64,000 nt of DNA from Penicillus capitatus (Eukaryota; Plantae; Chlorophyta): the NCBI GenBank assembly GCA_965649825.1, contig OZ287699.1, positions 1,146,477-1,210,476 on the forward strand, written 5' to 3'. The translations under genes were made by a program, and so were the position numbers. The notes beneath the pieces are model-generated. The model had not been told where the DNA came from. It worked only from the letters and a program-made list of their open reading frames with translations, and ran no database searches. Positions 21,896 to 34,799 of the stretch are shown here, piece after piece (the stretch's first letter is position 1; each line of letters begins with the position of its first letter).

Positions 21896-23601
21896 CTACA
21901 CGAGAAGTGGCAATGGATGTTCTATGTATTGCCGAAAGGCTGTTAGGAATCGATGTGCCAGATCTCCATCAAACACACGATGATCTGCCGTTAGCGTAAC
22001 CGTCATCTTTGGGATCATCGCGAGTTGCCGAGTCCCTTGGACGTAGCCAATCTCCGAATGCGATCCGCCGACAGCCATGATGCAACTGTGGGGGAGATTG
22101 ATGATGGCGCAGAAGGAATCGATACCAAACATTCCTGTCATGCACTCCATATCTTCTATTCAGATGGTGGCCTCTGTACCCAAATTGGAGATGGTGAAGG
22201 TGCCGCCGATGAACTCCTCCGGTTTGAGTGTGTCGTTTCGTGCTTTCGTTGCCAGATCGCGAATTTCTTGAGCGATTGTCTTGAGAGTTTTGCCGTCGGC
22301 CTGTTTCACGATGGGAGTGATGAGCCCCGTCGGTGTCGAGACAGCAATCGAGATATCCACAGATGTCCATGGCTTGAGGCACTGCTCCTTTTCATCCCAA
22401 TAAGCATTGGCTGATGGGACGTCGCGTAAGGACAAGGCCACTGCCTTTGTCACGAAATCGTTCAGCGATATCTACAGCATCTCTAACTCTCATAGTTGAT
22501 GACATAGCGAAAAATGTCACACTTTTGCGCCAGCAGATTTGAGTGTCTCGCGTAGCTGCTGCACCTCAGTGATATCGCAGTCGATGCTGAAATAGATACC
22601 GGGGATCGTTGTCTTGGCTTGAAGAACTCTCTGTGCAATGACTCTGCGCATTTGCGTCAGAGGAATGTCACGATAGTCTGTCGGCGGCGCAGTTTTGGGC
22701 TCTTCTGCCTTTGGCTTGTCCTGCTTAGTACGCGGTGTGGAGGGCGGAGCAACGGAGACCGGATCTGGAGGCGCCATTGCTCGCAGAACGTCTTCCTTTG
22801 TGACAATGCCTTTCGGTCCTGTCGCCCGAAGATCATTGAGCACAAGGCCTTTCTCACGGGCTAGCTTCCTTGCAGCGGGACCGATCTTGACATCATCCAC
22901 CTCCATCCCAAACGTATCGGCACGCAGACAAATCGCGTCGCAAATGGCACCGTTTGATGGACAGGCAACGGCGACGCTTCGGACACCGTCTGCGTGGGTG
23001 TCTCACTAGATTCCGGTCCTTTATAAGACTGGAAGGCCGGGACATCTTTCTCCTCTTCGACCAGAACGGCAATAGGTGTGCCGACCTAAGACTCTCCCCT
23101 TCTGCCAGAATCGCACGCGAGAGATCGATCGTGTCACTTCGATGTCTTTTGTTCCAGCCGCCACCAGAATCTTCGCAATGATGCCTTCGTCCATCGTATC
23201 GAAGTCCAACGTCGCTTTGTCGGTTTCGATCTCGGCAATGGTATCTCCGCTCTCGACTGCTGTTCCTTCCTTCACGTGCCAACGCAGCAATCCTCCTTTC
23301 GTCATGGTCGGCGACAAACTGGGCATCTCCACAATCTACGTCATCCCCATTCTTTCTCACTCTATCTCACTCATAAATCACTGTGTGAGAAGGAAGCGTT
23401 GATAACAAACGTAACAGAAATGACCTCCTCCAATACGGCGTCTCCGCTCTGCCATACACTCGCCGTCAACATTGCCAAATGCGATCGCGTTGTCGTCGGG
23501 CCCCACGTTGGACGGCGATTGACGACGAAAGGCCGCGTCTCTGTTGCAACGATAGAAGCATGGCGTAGCACTGCACGGAACAGAGAACGTGACGGCAGCA
23601 T
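21896..23601 (-). CDS. DLAT: Mitochondrial pyruvate dehydrogenase E2 (dihydrolipoamide acetyltransferase)
   Basis: Lipoyl domain MPSLSPTM..EIETDKAT, E3-binding GPAARKLARE, catalytic TLTADHRVFDG. Confidence 0.95.
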
Positions 23602-23857
23602 CAGACGAGAATCGTCATACAGACGGGCGTCTCAGACACGACCGGCCATTCCACCCATTTCGCCATTTCTCGTCGCCATTCTGTCCGCTGAGACTGTCCC
23701 CTTTCTTCTTTCCCTTTGCCACATACACAATGCATGCGAGATCTCTCGGTAGCAAAACGGCTCTAGGCGGTGCGTCTCTTTTTTGAGATCTCTCTGTGTT
23801 TTGTCCCTTCGTGAAAGAACCCTTGTATCGATGCCTGTTTGTCATTGGACAGGGACT

Positions 23858-24300
23858 ATGCCTTCTGCACTGCGTCGTGCCCCTCCACCTCGTCTCGCTT
23901 TTCAGCCCGTCGTGGCCAAGACATCGTTGGAGTTTATCCGCGGGATCGAAGAGAAATCCGTTCCAGATGTTCGTCTGACACGTTCGGTGGACGGGACGAA
24001 TGGAACGGCGATTTTTCGATTTACAACGCCGTCCATTTTGTCCGAGTCTGACGAACTGGGTGACATTACAGGTATGGCTGGATTAGACATGGGATTCGCT
24101 GAAATGTGCGATCAGGTCTTTATATGATCGATGACGAAGGCGTACTGCAGACCGTTGAAGTGAGTGCAAAATTTGTGAACGGAAAACCGGAGGCGATCGA
24201 AGCGAAATACTTTATGAAATCGCCCGTGGAATGGGACAGATTCATGCGGTTCATGGAGAGGTATGCCGAAGAGAATGGCCTCGGATTTCAAAAAGTATAA
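23858..24300 (+). CDS. PSB28: Photosystem II assembly protein Psb28, chloroplast
   Basis: [45 protein letters not shown]. Confidence 0.95.
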
Positions 24301-24511
24301 CGACGTGATGTGACGTGCGCCGCCACCGCCACTATTGCTTGTATGCGTTTAGGGTAAGAAATGAAGGGAGAAGATCCGGCGAGACATTTTTGATAAGAGA
24401 GCGATTGGACTATTCTTTAAATCCCTCATTCGTCTTTTACCGTGTGCCGTGTGTTGCGCTGAGCAGTTCATTTAAGGTCTACGACAAAGAAGCTGCAAGG
24501 AAGCTATGGGA

Positions 24512-25499
24512 TTATAACAAATCGCCGAAAAAATACCGAACGTCCAGTGGCAGATCATCGAGTTCCAAGAACCGATAGAGATCATCCGTTCCGATATTCA
24601 CCGTCGGGCCCTTCTTCCTAATCGTCTTTCGAACGACCTGACCGAACTCCTTCTTCAGCACACAGCTATGCCCCTGAGCAGCAATGCCTGTGTCATCTGC
24701 ACAAACGCAAGGCAATCCGTGCCGCACCAGAACGGTCGTGCTGGAATCATATTTCAAGTTGCAGGTGGCCGGAACCTTAACGAGAGAGATCGAAGGACGC
24801 GAGCATACGACTTCGCCACTGTCTCCCTCGACGATGCACATGCCGCCGTCGATGACGAAACTGAATGTGGGTCCCTGAGAGAGACACATCGCCGTCGGCA
24901 GGTTCAGATGTCGTGCGCTTACGACGCAGGCGTCCGGAATCTTTCCGCTGTGAATGATTCCCGGGCCGCTGCACTTTTTGGTCAGGCCAAACAGCTCGTT
25001 GAATTTCTCCGTCGGTGAACGGAGGAAATCCAACAGTTCGGACTGCTCGCCGTTGAAGAGGCCGGAGACGCGATCCATGGCAAAGTCGATGGTTTCGTTG
25101 AATTTCTTCTCCACGGCGCCGAGAAAATCGCCACCGAAGAGCTTTCCTGTGTCGATGTCGAGTCCGAGGTCGTCTGGACGCGGCAGACGAATATCGCCAA
25201 TAGACACGCGCCATTCCGCCAGCAGTTTCAGAATATCGCCGACATAAGAACCGTCGAAAACTGCAGCAGCGTCAGCAGAGGGCTGGACATCAGGTACTCG
25301 CTTACGGTAGTCTGGAATGGCGCCTTTAATCAACTGCAGCGCGTCGTCGCCTGGATCCACGAATGGGTCGGATGCACGTCATGTTCAGCCGTGAACAGAT
25401 TCTACTCCTTTGGCCGCTGTCGGGAGTCGATTCGGCACTCGGCGTTGCCAAAAGCAGAAGGAGACCAAAGATCACAGAAGACAGTCGTGCCACATCCAT
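24512..25499 (-). CDS. Secreted Cys-containing protein of unknown function
   Basis: Signal peptide MDVARLSSVIFGLLLLLATPSAES spliced to the 24512-25360 ORF with spaced cysteines. Confidence 0.6.
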
Positions 25500-25640
25500 T
25501 GCTTCGTCTTTTCAGTCGTCGACAAAAAACGATGCGTCGCAACCGTATCGTGTGCCATTGTCACGTCGAGATCTTCTTGGACAAGGCAAGCGACGCGCGA
25601 AGGAAATGAACCCGGAAAGGGAATGGATCTTATTCGGTGT

Positions 25641-26794
25641 TTACATTTTGGACGATGTCGGTCGTCCGATGTCTTTGGTGCTTTGCTCGAGCTTCCTGGA
25701 TGTCTGTTGAAGATGATCTGGATCCGCCATCGGCTCACTGAAAAGCCAATGGCCGCCATCTGCGATCACGATCGCTCCACTCATGTAACTGCAGCGTCGT
25801 CGATGTCGCTTAGACGCAAAAGCGATCGAAAGCGAGATCGATACCTCGATGCCGGAGAAACGAGAAAGATGCAGGTCATGGCGATTTCGGCTTTCGTGCC
25901 TAGGCGACCGAGCGGCACTTGCCGACGAATGCCCTTCTCCACTTTGTTCAGCAAGGCTGGTGCCAATTTCGTTAATCCTGCACGACATCGCCATCCTACT
26001 CTCCCCTCTTCTGTCTGGAAAGGTCAAGATGTACCTGCCGTATCTGCAATCGGTCCGGGGGCGAGGCCGTTGACTCGGATACCGTATCTGCCCCATTCCA
26101 ATGCCAGATTTCGCGTCATGCTGTCAATTGCGGATTTTGCCGCACACGCATGCAGCTGAAACCAAGTCGCCCCATAGTGCAACGTCATGCTGATGTTCAC
26201 AATGACGCCTTTCGATGCTCTGAGATGCGGAAAACACACGCGACACATGTTAAACACGCCATAGGTGTCGATCTCGATCACTGCAGATCGCACATTTACC
26301 CAAATATAAATACAGGACGCGCACCCGTTCGGAAGCCTTTAAGATTGAGATCCTCCGCCTTGACGAGGAAGTTTCCGGCGGCTGCATTGACGAGGATGTC
26401 CAAACGACCGCCAAAAGCTTTGAGCGTTTGTTTCATAGCGGCCTCACACTGATCTTCATGACGCACATCGCCGATCGCTTTGGTGGCATGGATGTTGCTT
26501 GAACGCAGCACCGATACAGCCTCGTCCAAGACATCTGTACGGCGACCCATAACGCAGACAGACGCTCCATGCAATCCTGGCAACACCCACCATCTCTATA
26601 CAGGTCACTAACTGAATAGTAATGCTCTGACCGAACTGCCGTGCGATCTCGAATCCTATACCCGTCCCACCTCCTGTAATAAGGGCCACCTGTCAACAAA
26701 GACCGCCGCCGCCGTTGTTCAGAAGACGAAGAGCGAGATCGGCGAGGACCTTTCCTTTTAGGACGTCCTTTCTGAAGACGCTCTCGCTGTCCAT
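25641..26794 (-). CDS. DECR2: Peroxisomal 2,4-dienoyl-CoA reductase
   Basis: ALITGGGTGIG, NAAAGNF, NLALEWG, VNGLAPGPI; C-terminal PTS1 variant SKM*. Confidence 0.9.
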
Positions 26795-26901
26795 CCGTCC
26801 TCCTGCTTGTCGGACGTCGTTTTCGCAAGACAAATGGATGTAACGGTGCGCGCACCGGCATTGGATGAATTGCGCCTCTTTCGCTGAGCACCCCAGATTC
26901 G

Positions 26902-28382
26902 ATGTCTCGTCTAGGCGCAAGCAGCAGCTTCATCGTGAGCGACCAGCTGACGGACGACGATGTCCTGCAACAAGAAATCCCTTGGCAGACATACGTGACG
27001 TCCAAACTCATTGGCCAGGCGGAGCTGGACCTATTGAAGCGCATTGACAAACAGCATCCCGAGTATCAAGACGCTCTCCTCGATGAATCCGGTCCTGCAT
27101 TTTTCAAAGCATTTTTGACGGTGCTTCGTGCGACGACCAAGGAACAGGTCGTGCGCTATGTCTTGGCCCTTCTCGACCAAGTCATCTCGCGCGAGCCGTC
27201 GCGTGCGGCGCTCTGTCATTCGAGCAACGATGTTGCCAAGTCGGACAAGACCCAGGGTCCCTATACCATCCTCCTGCGTCATCTCAACCGCACGGATTGG
27301 TTCACTCAAGAGAAGGCGAGTCGTCTGCTCTGCGTCATGCTCATGGAGCGCCCCGATAAAGAGAACTCTCCGCTGACAACGGGGGAGAAATTTGTGCCTC
27401 CTTCGGAGGGTGACAGCTTCGTCGAGACCGCAGAAACAACGGTGGTGCAATTTGTGGAATGGATCACGGGGCAATTGCGCCGCCCCACGAGTCCAACCCG
27501 ATCCACTCCGGCAGCGATCCATGCTTTGGCTGGGATCTTGAGAGAACGTGGTACGAGGAAGCTCTTCCACAAAGAGGGAGGCGTGGCTCTCTTGGCCCCT
27601 CTGCTCAGAACTGCAGCCCAGGGCGAAGTGCTCGATATCCAGCTTCTCTACGAGACTGTGCTGTGCGTCTGGCTTCTCTCCTATCTGCCAGAATGCCAGA
27701 AGACCATCCAAGACTGCGGAATTGCGCGTTCGTTGGTGGGCATTGTGCGTTTGAATGTGAAAGAGAAGGTCACACGTGTGGCGCTGTTTGCTCTGAAAAA
27801 TATCCTCGCTTCGGGAGAGGTCGATGTCACGCCAGAAGTGGTGGATGCCAAACTGCCACGTCTCGTTCAGATCCGAATGCTTCAGAACTGGGGAGATGAA
27901 GATATACTGCCAACTCTGGAATGGATGGATGAGAAGATCCGAACGAGCATTCAGGTTCTCTCCTCCTTCGAGAAATACCGAAAAGAGATCCTCGGGGGTC
28001 GCCTGGACTGGAGTCCGATGCACACAGAAGATCAATTCTGGAAACAGAACGTGGAAAAGTGTGACCATTTCTTGCGACTTGACCATACCAAAGTGTGACC
28101 TATAGGTTTGAGGAGAAGGAGTTTGAAGTTCTGCGCGTGTTGCTGCGTCTGTTGTCGGTTTCGCGTGAAGTGAAGGTTCTGTCCGTGGGTTGCCACGATC
28201 TCGGCCAGTTTGTGACCTATCATCCTCACGGACGCAACATCGTGAGTGACTTGCATGGGAAAGAGATTGTGATGGAACTCATGCGCCATTCGGATCCAGA
28301 AGTACAGAAGAATGCTTTGCTTTGCGTTCAGAAGATTATGCTCAGTCGCGAGAAATTTGAATTTCTCGCAGCGGCATCTTAG
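26902..28382 (+). CDS. VHA-H: V-type proton ATPase subunit H
   Basis: IPWQTYVTSKLI, QLLYETVLCVWLLS, VKEKVTRV, LDWSPMH..FWKQN, VGCHDLGQFV..HP.GR. Confidence 0.95.
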
Positions 28383-28622
28383 AAACGGTTCTTGATTTTT
28401 TGCCGAGACCTTATTCCTTTATCATTAATTTTAAGTGATGCGTATCGCCGATCGAACGACGCGCAGCAACAGGCGCCTTATGTGCAAGGCGGCATGAAAT
28501 GCCCTGATGCTATTTTACAGCCATCGGCTTACAGCACATCGCTGGAAAGGGTTTTAGGGCGATCCAATTAAGCGCCACAGACCAACTTCTACAGAGAGAT
28601 GCGCCTCTCCGGGCCTGTCACA

Positions 28623-29923
28623 TCAATAGGTGTTTTGTGGATTTGGATGTTCGGCATGGACGGCATCAATCGCTTGGAGGGCCTCTTTGCTAAGCTCTTC
28701 TCCAAAGCAGCTGAGATTCTCATCCAGCTGGTCCACATTCGAGACGCCGATCATCGTGCACGGAATAAAGAAACGTGATTTGCAGAAGAGATAGGCGAGT
28801 TGAATGGGACTCCATCCAAAGTCTCTTGCAATTTTGGCGTATGCCTCAATGGCGCGCGTAACCTTTTTGGTATGGTACCGTGGATATCGGTAACCCCATC
28901 GCTCCATTCGAGATCCCTTCGGCATCTGTCCGTTCAGATACTTTCCCGACAGAAGTCCCATCGCCGCTGCACTCCACGGAAGAAGGGGTAGATGAAAATG
29001 CCTTTCGCAGCAGACCTCGGCGAGCTCTCCCTCGAATTCACGATTCACGAGACTAAAACTATTTTGAATGGCGACAGGCCGTGGACAGTTAAGTCGGTCG
29101 GCGGTCACACAGCTCATCACCGTCCCATAGGCGCTCTCATTCGACAGCCCCCAATGCCGAATCTTCCCTTTACGAATCAACTCACCCATCGCCGTCACCT
29201 GCTCTTCAAACGAGATGCTCTCACGCTCTTGACTCGGATCGTACGGTACTTGTCCCATTCGCGGTAGATATCTAGGCACCACCGAGATGCAATGCATCCC
29301 AGACTCAATAGTCCTGACCTGTCTGGCCAATGCGTGTAGAAGAGATCAATGTGATCAACGGCAAGACGTCGCAGTTCACCGTCCGCCGCCTCCTCAATGC
29401 TCTTGGCATCGAGACGTAGATCTCTTCTCTTTGACGGCGGAACGGTTCGGTTGGCAGCAATGAAGCCCATATCATCTGCCTCTGAGTACCCAGCAACTTT
29501 GGTCGCGAGGATGACGTCTTCTCGCTTTATACGGCGGTGCTTGAGCCAGGAACCGAGGCATTCCGAACTCAAGCCGACGTTTTCTGGACTCGGGGGAATG
29601 GCATAGTATTCAGAAGTGTCAAAAAAGTTGATGCCTCTGTTGTATGCGGCGTCGAGAATGGCAAACGACTCCTCTTTTGTATTCTGCGAGCCGAAGAGCA
29701 TGCATCCAAGACTGACTTCGGAGACATAGAGATCTGAACGACCGAGTTGAACAGTCTTGAGCGTTGCCTCTCTCGAGGCCGCTCGACAGAACGTCTTCGT
29801 CCGGAAAGGCATCCGTGGTGCCAAACATACCTCATAAGCGCGCTGTGGTCGACGCAGCATCTCGACGAAATGGGCGAAGGAAGTGCGGGAGGCCAGAAGA
29901 GAGCCAGATGCACGGTGGGTCAT
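28623..29923 (-). CDS. Aldo-keto reductase (Tas-like)
   Basis: LGRSDLYVSEVSLGCM.FG, GINFFDTSEYY, HWPDR, GKIRHWGLSNE, IQNSFSL; start codon uncertain. Confidence 0.9.
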
Positions 29924-29962
29924 TTCTCTCAACCGCCAATTTCCAAAGGCCTTTGTATCATC

Positions 29963-30430
29963 ATGTCCGAAGAAGCATCCTCTTCTCGAAAAGCGAAACC
30001 GTGGGAGAAGGCATGGGTCAATCCAAAATTCGTTTTCAAGAATCCTCGCTGTCGCAAGAGCAAGATTCCACTGGCGCCAACCTGCGCTTACGACGACGCA
30101 ATGAACGGCGAATCGTCTGACGCCGAAGAAGCCTCGACCGATACCCCATCTGTGCAGCTGTCGGATGTCGCGATGCCAAAGCCAAAAGTCAAGCAGCCTC
30201 GACCGAAGCCACACGCCACACGCGAAACGCTCAAAGAATGGAAACAACGACGACGGCGATTCGTCAAGAAGGAGGAACCGCGTGACGCCATCTTCCCAAC
30301 ACGCGTCGGCTTTGCCTACTCGGATCTGCCAATGGAGCCCAAACGCGAAGCTGAGCGCGTCCTACCCGGTTTTCCACCTGGGATGACACTTGCCGAGAGA
30401 CGTCATTGGGAAGCGTGGTCACGCAATTGA
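29963..30430 (+). CDS. Hypothetical basic protein
   Basis: Single ATG-initiated ORF filling the gap between neighbouring genes. Confidence 0.45.
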   Translation: MSEEASSSRKAKPWEKAWVNPKFVFKNPRCRKSKIPLAPTCAYDDAMNGESSDAEEASTDTPSVQLSDVAMPKPKVKQPRPKPHATRETLKEWKQRRRRFVKKEEPRDAIFPTRVGFAYSDLPMEPKREAERVLPGFPPGMTLAERRHWEAWSRN

Positions 30431-30453
30431 TGGCCTCGCTGAATTGTTGACAC

Positions 30454-31193
30454 TCAGGAATGTTCGGCAGGAGAATCGTTATGTAAAATGAATTCCGTTT
30501 CTTCTGAGCCGTTGCGGATTTCGGACGCTGGACTCTGGTCTTGTACCTCTTCTGCCTGCTCCAATCTTCGTTTTCGAGCTTCTGCCAGTCCTTGTTCCAC
30601 AGAAGCCGTCAAACGCGCCGCCTCGGCTTCTGCTTCTTCCAATTCGAGCATCTCTGCCTAAAACTGCGCTTCCCTGGGGGAACAGATCTACCATGTCTGA
30701 TCCTATACCTTGCGAAAACGTTGCCGTCTTCGTGCGGTCATCGCTCGATTGGCTCGAGAAACGGCGGGGAACCATTGTGGATTGTTTTCGATGATGTTGA
30801 CGAAGACAAAGAGCGACGCAGCGCCGACCACAAACACCAGCCATACGCGTTTTTTCTCCACTTTCTCCACCGGCAGTGGTGCAGCTAAATTTATGGCCTC
30901 ATTGGCAGAGATCGTCTAGCACAGCAGGATCTTCGTCAACAACACAAGGTCATTGAGAAAAGTGTGAGAACCTTGACTTGCGCGGCGGAAGGTGGCGAGA
31001 AAATGAGCATTCCCGAGAGAACAGTAGAGAAGAGGAGGGGTGCCCAGTCTTTTACATGGATACTGTGGACGCTGACCGTGAGGGGGCGTCGCAGTTGAGG
31101 TATGTGTGAAAGATGGTGTGGTTGGACACGGAAAGGAACGATTCTTGGCGAATGGACGGGTCGCAACGCACGACATCCAAACGTCACCGACAT
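30454..31193 (-). CDS. Hypothetical plastid-targeted membrane protein
   Basis: Transit-like N-terminus, TM segment VWLVFVVGAASLFVFVNIIENNPQWFPAVSRAN, coiled-coil tail. Confidence 0.5.
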
Positions 31194-31240
31194 CGGCACG
31201 AAGGTACGATCGATCACGTCTGGGAACGCACGAACGTGAC

Positions 31241-32652
31241 ATGTTCTGTCGCCCTTCGACGTTATGGAAATATACATGGCAGCCATGGCGCAGCTTCGCG
31301 ACGGAGATGCTTAAGAGGAAAGCAATATGGAAGAAAAGCCCTTTTGCGAAGGCGGGGCTAGGTAAAGTAGGAATAGATCAGGGGAGCAGTCAAGGTCTCC
31401 TGTCTCTGCGGATCTTTTCATCCCTCCCGCGAGAAGATCTCACCCCGATACATCCTCCGAAGAAAGACAAGATTCCTGTCTCGGCGTACTTTGTGGGTAA
31501 GGATGCGTGGTGCTGATAAAATGGGGATTGGATTTGTGGGGTTGCCTCGTAGGGCATAAAATTGATCTGGCAGGGGTCAATGGCGATCTCAAATTTCGCC
31601 ACCACCGAGAGGGATCGACGCGTGACTGCGTCCTGTTTGCCATTCCAAACAAAGTTAGAAAGCCCTGTTCCATGATGTGACAGCTATGGCCGCCTTATGG
31701 TGATGCACAGAGTGATGCGGATGCGCCCATCCATGTGGTCGTCTTCAAGTACGGCTCCGTGGTTTTCTTCAACATCCCGAGACGATCCGAAATTCAATGG
31801 GAGTACATCAACGCCTGCAAGAAATACACAGCAGAGCCACTGGCAATGCCAAATGAAGATGGTCGGTGCAAAATCCTGCACATGAGCCAAGGAAGTATCC
31901 TTGTGTGTCTTCAAAGTGCATTCTCTGTTGATTCGTCCAAAGATGGCACACTGGCATCGTCAGGAGGATAACCATGTCATCCTCAAAGTGCTGGACGTTG
32001 ACAACATCAAAGTCATCTCTTCTGTCTTGGGGCAATCCGTGGCGCTGGATCGATTTAGCAAGTCTCGCTAATTTCGAGGCCGTGTGCGAAACGAGCGCAT
32101 TTGTTTTAGAAAAGCGGATCAGGCGCTGGAAGAATTCAGTTACATCAATCGCGAAATTGTACGCACAGGTTCGATCGGCAGATACCTCTCGCACGATCCG
32201 ATGTATACAGTCACAGGGGGTTTTTCTGTGGACCGAAGAACGCTCTTCAAAATCATTGCGCGTAATAATTTGATGATCACGGAAGCCATTGTCATGTTGG
32301 GTCTCCTCGACAGGTCACACAAAACAGAGCCCTTACCACGTTGCTGAGTTTGCTGGACATGCAGATCGGACACCGCATGGACTAACGATCGTTACTACGA
32401 TGTCTGGAGCACGATGCACAACGAATACGAACTCGCCGCGCGCTTTGCCGCCGTAGACAAAAAAGTGTGACCTCCATCATCATCACGCCTTTCCCCATTT
32501 CTCATTCTTTTTAGCTTATGTTGATTCAACAAAGCGCCAAACACTTCTTGGAGATATTGCAAGACAACAAATCCAATTTCCTGGAGATTCTGATTATCGT
32601 TTTGATTTCGGCTGAGATTGTCGTGATGCTTTATGACATCATCCACCGATGA
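31241..32652 (+). CDS. RMD1/RMND1/Sif2-family (DUF155) protein
   Basis: MVVFKYGSVVFFN, VISSVLGQSVALD, LGLLDR, NFLEILIIVLISAEI. Confidence 0.9.
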
Positions 32653-32702
32653 TGACGATGAAATAGACCTACGAGAGGCGTCGCGTCGCCGATGAAGTGT
32701 TG

Positions 32703-32785
32703 TGCACAAGGTGGGGTTCGAACCCACGCGCATTACGATGCATTGGATCTTAAGGCCAACCCCTTAACCACTCGGGCACTTGTGC
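32703..32785 (-). tRNA. trnL-UAA: tRNA-Leu(UAA)
   Basis: GCACAAG/CTTGTGC acceptor stem, D arm GTGGTTAAG, anticodon loop CTTAAGA, long variable arm, GGTTCGAACCCC T arm. Confidence 0.95.
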
Positions 32786-32921
32786 GCAACTATGGCCTTT
32801 CATCCGAAGAAATAACCGACGCGCATCGTACCGTCTGTCTCGCCAGGAGTCAAGAACAAGCGACAAATGATAGAGAGTGGTTGCAAAGGAGAAACATGAC
32901 TGTCACTCCGCGAAGGAGATA

Positions 32922-34676
32922 TTAAAAACCCAGAAGACTTTGGCACGAGCCCATTTGCCAAGGCCATAGATCTTGCGACAGGATGACCATGCGAAGCCAC
33001 GATCTGACTGATAGATTCTGTTTCCTTTGAGCCAGGTCGCTTTGACAGATCCCTTGAGGGATGCATTTAAGTAAGGGGACAGGTCGGGATGCGTCATACG
33101 ACATCCAGTCTTTGACGTATCGGTCGCTTCCTCTGGATTCCAAACCTGATGGAACACAAAGAATGACGATAGACGGTATCCGAATAAGGCGACGGACCAC
33201 GAAATCGGCATCGTAACCGGCGGCGATGCGTCCTTTGGCATGGCCCAGCTTCAGCAGTTTCGCCGGTTGTGTGCTGAGGAGATTATTGAGCAATTCGAGA
33301 TCCTCTGTCGTCGTTTCTGTCGAAGAGATTGCTGTCCAGACGACTGGAAGCATGTACTGCAATCCAGTGATGCCATAGGTGGCTTCACTGAACTTTGCAT
33401 GCTTCTCTTTTGGCATGGATGGAAAATGATCGGATGCGATCAGATCGACCTTTCCTTCTTTCACCCCAGCCACCAACACATCTCGATTTTCTGCCGTTGT
33501 TATGGGCGGAAATGATTTCAGTAGAGGGTTGTCCCTCGCGTCTTTGTCTGTAAAGTGCAGGAAATGCGGGGCCAGATCGATGGATATCGGAAATCCGGCC
33601 TTCTTGGCAGGATTGATGAATGCCATGGCATCCATCGTGCCAACCTGTGTCAAATGCACTCTGAATCCTGCTTCTCCTTTCTCTGTTGTATCTTCTTTGA
33701 GAAAGATGGCGATCATTGCTGCTGCATCCTCTTCTCTTGATGAAGTGGACATCTGGCTTTCCTGTCACCAAGTGATCGACCTGCTTTTCGACGGAGAGCA
33801 TCGGCGATGCGACAAACCTGTGGACTCTGTCCTTGAAGAGAGTACGGCACGCCCATCTGCTTGAGAACAGGCAGAACATGTACCAAATGTGTGACATTGA
33901 TTGGTTGCAGTCCCGAACCGTCGTCCACCATATTACTGTGAAAGCCAAAGGCCCCAGCCTCCTCCACCATGCATTTCAGTATCTCGACACTGTTGGCGTT
34001 ATCTGGCGTAAGGGCAGCCCAGGCTCCAATGTTTACAAAGGCCTCTTGCTAAAAACGACTCACTTTATTCCAGATCACACGGAGAGCAGAAACCAACCTT
34101 GAAACGAAAGATTTTGGATTTTAGTCGCTGACATGAATCGGTCGGTGGACTGTTTGGCATCGGCATGTCCACGACTGTCGTGATCCCTCCAGCAGCTGCA
34201 CTGCGTGTTCCAGCCCGAATCCCTCATACCACAATCTCACACTCACAGAAATCACACTTCATCATCTCACCTTCCCTCTCATCCATTCCAGGTTCGTTAA
34301 AATGCACGTGGACATCGATCAGCCCAGGCGAGATGACATTATTGCCATAGTTGATCCGTTTCAGATGCTCCAGTGAACGCAGGACATTTGCCTTCCTTCT
34401 TGGTATGACTCTCACGATCTTGCCATCTTTGATATGCACTGCACGTGCACATCATGTCTGACGGGGAGATGCGTGAGTGCAATGGATAGGGGATCACGTA
34501 CATGTGGCATTGGTCACGCCGTCAGAGGTGACGACACGGCCACTGCTTATGAGCAGTTCGGAATCCGGCTCGAATCCACAGGACGAACCGAAAAAGAAGC
34601 TTCCGAATCGCTGGTAGAGTATGGCCAGTGCGGCGACTTGTATGGTCAGTATCAGTAACAAGGTCTTGGCGTCCAT
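32922..34676 (-). CDS. Allantoinase-family amidohydrolase with N-terminal signal anchor (metal site degenerate)
   Basis: SPGLIDVHVHFNEPG, AAAGGITTVVDMP, DLIASDHFP, GRIAAGYDADFVV. Confidence 0.85.
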
Positions 34677-34799
34677 CTGTACATTTTCGTTGCCATTCTC
34701 GAATGGGCCTGTAGAATTCGTTCGGTGCGCGCACCGACATTTACTGGTTGCGCTGCCCGTTGCCTTTCGTGAGAGATTGCGTTTCGTCCGAATTGCCAG

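Noticed and set aside
27031-28086. 351-aa antisense ORF
   Set aside because: Shadow of the V-ATPase subunit H exon; no domain signal
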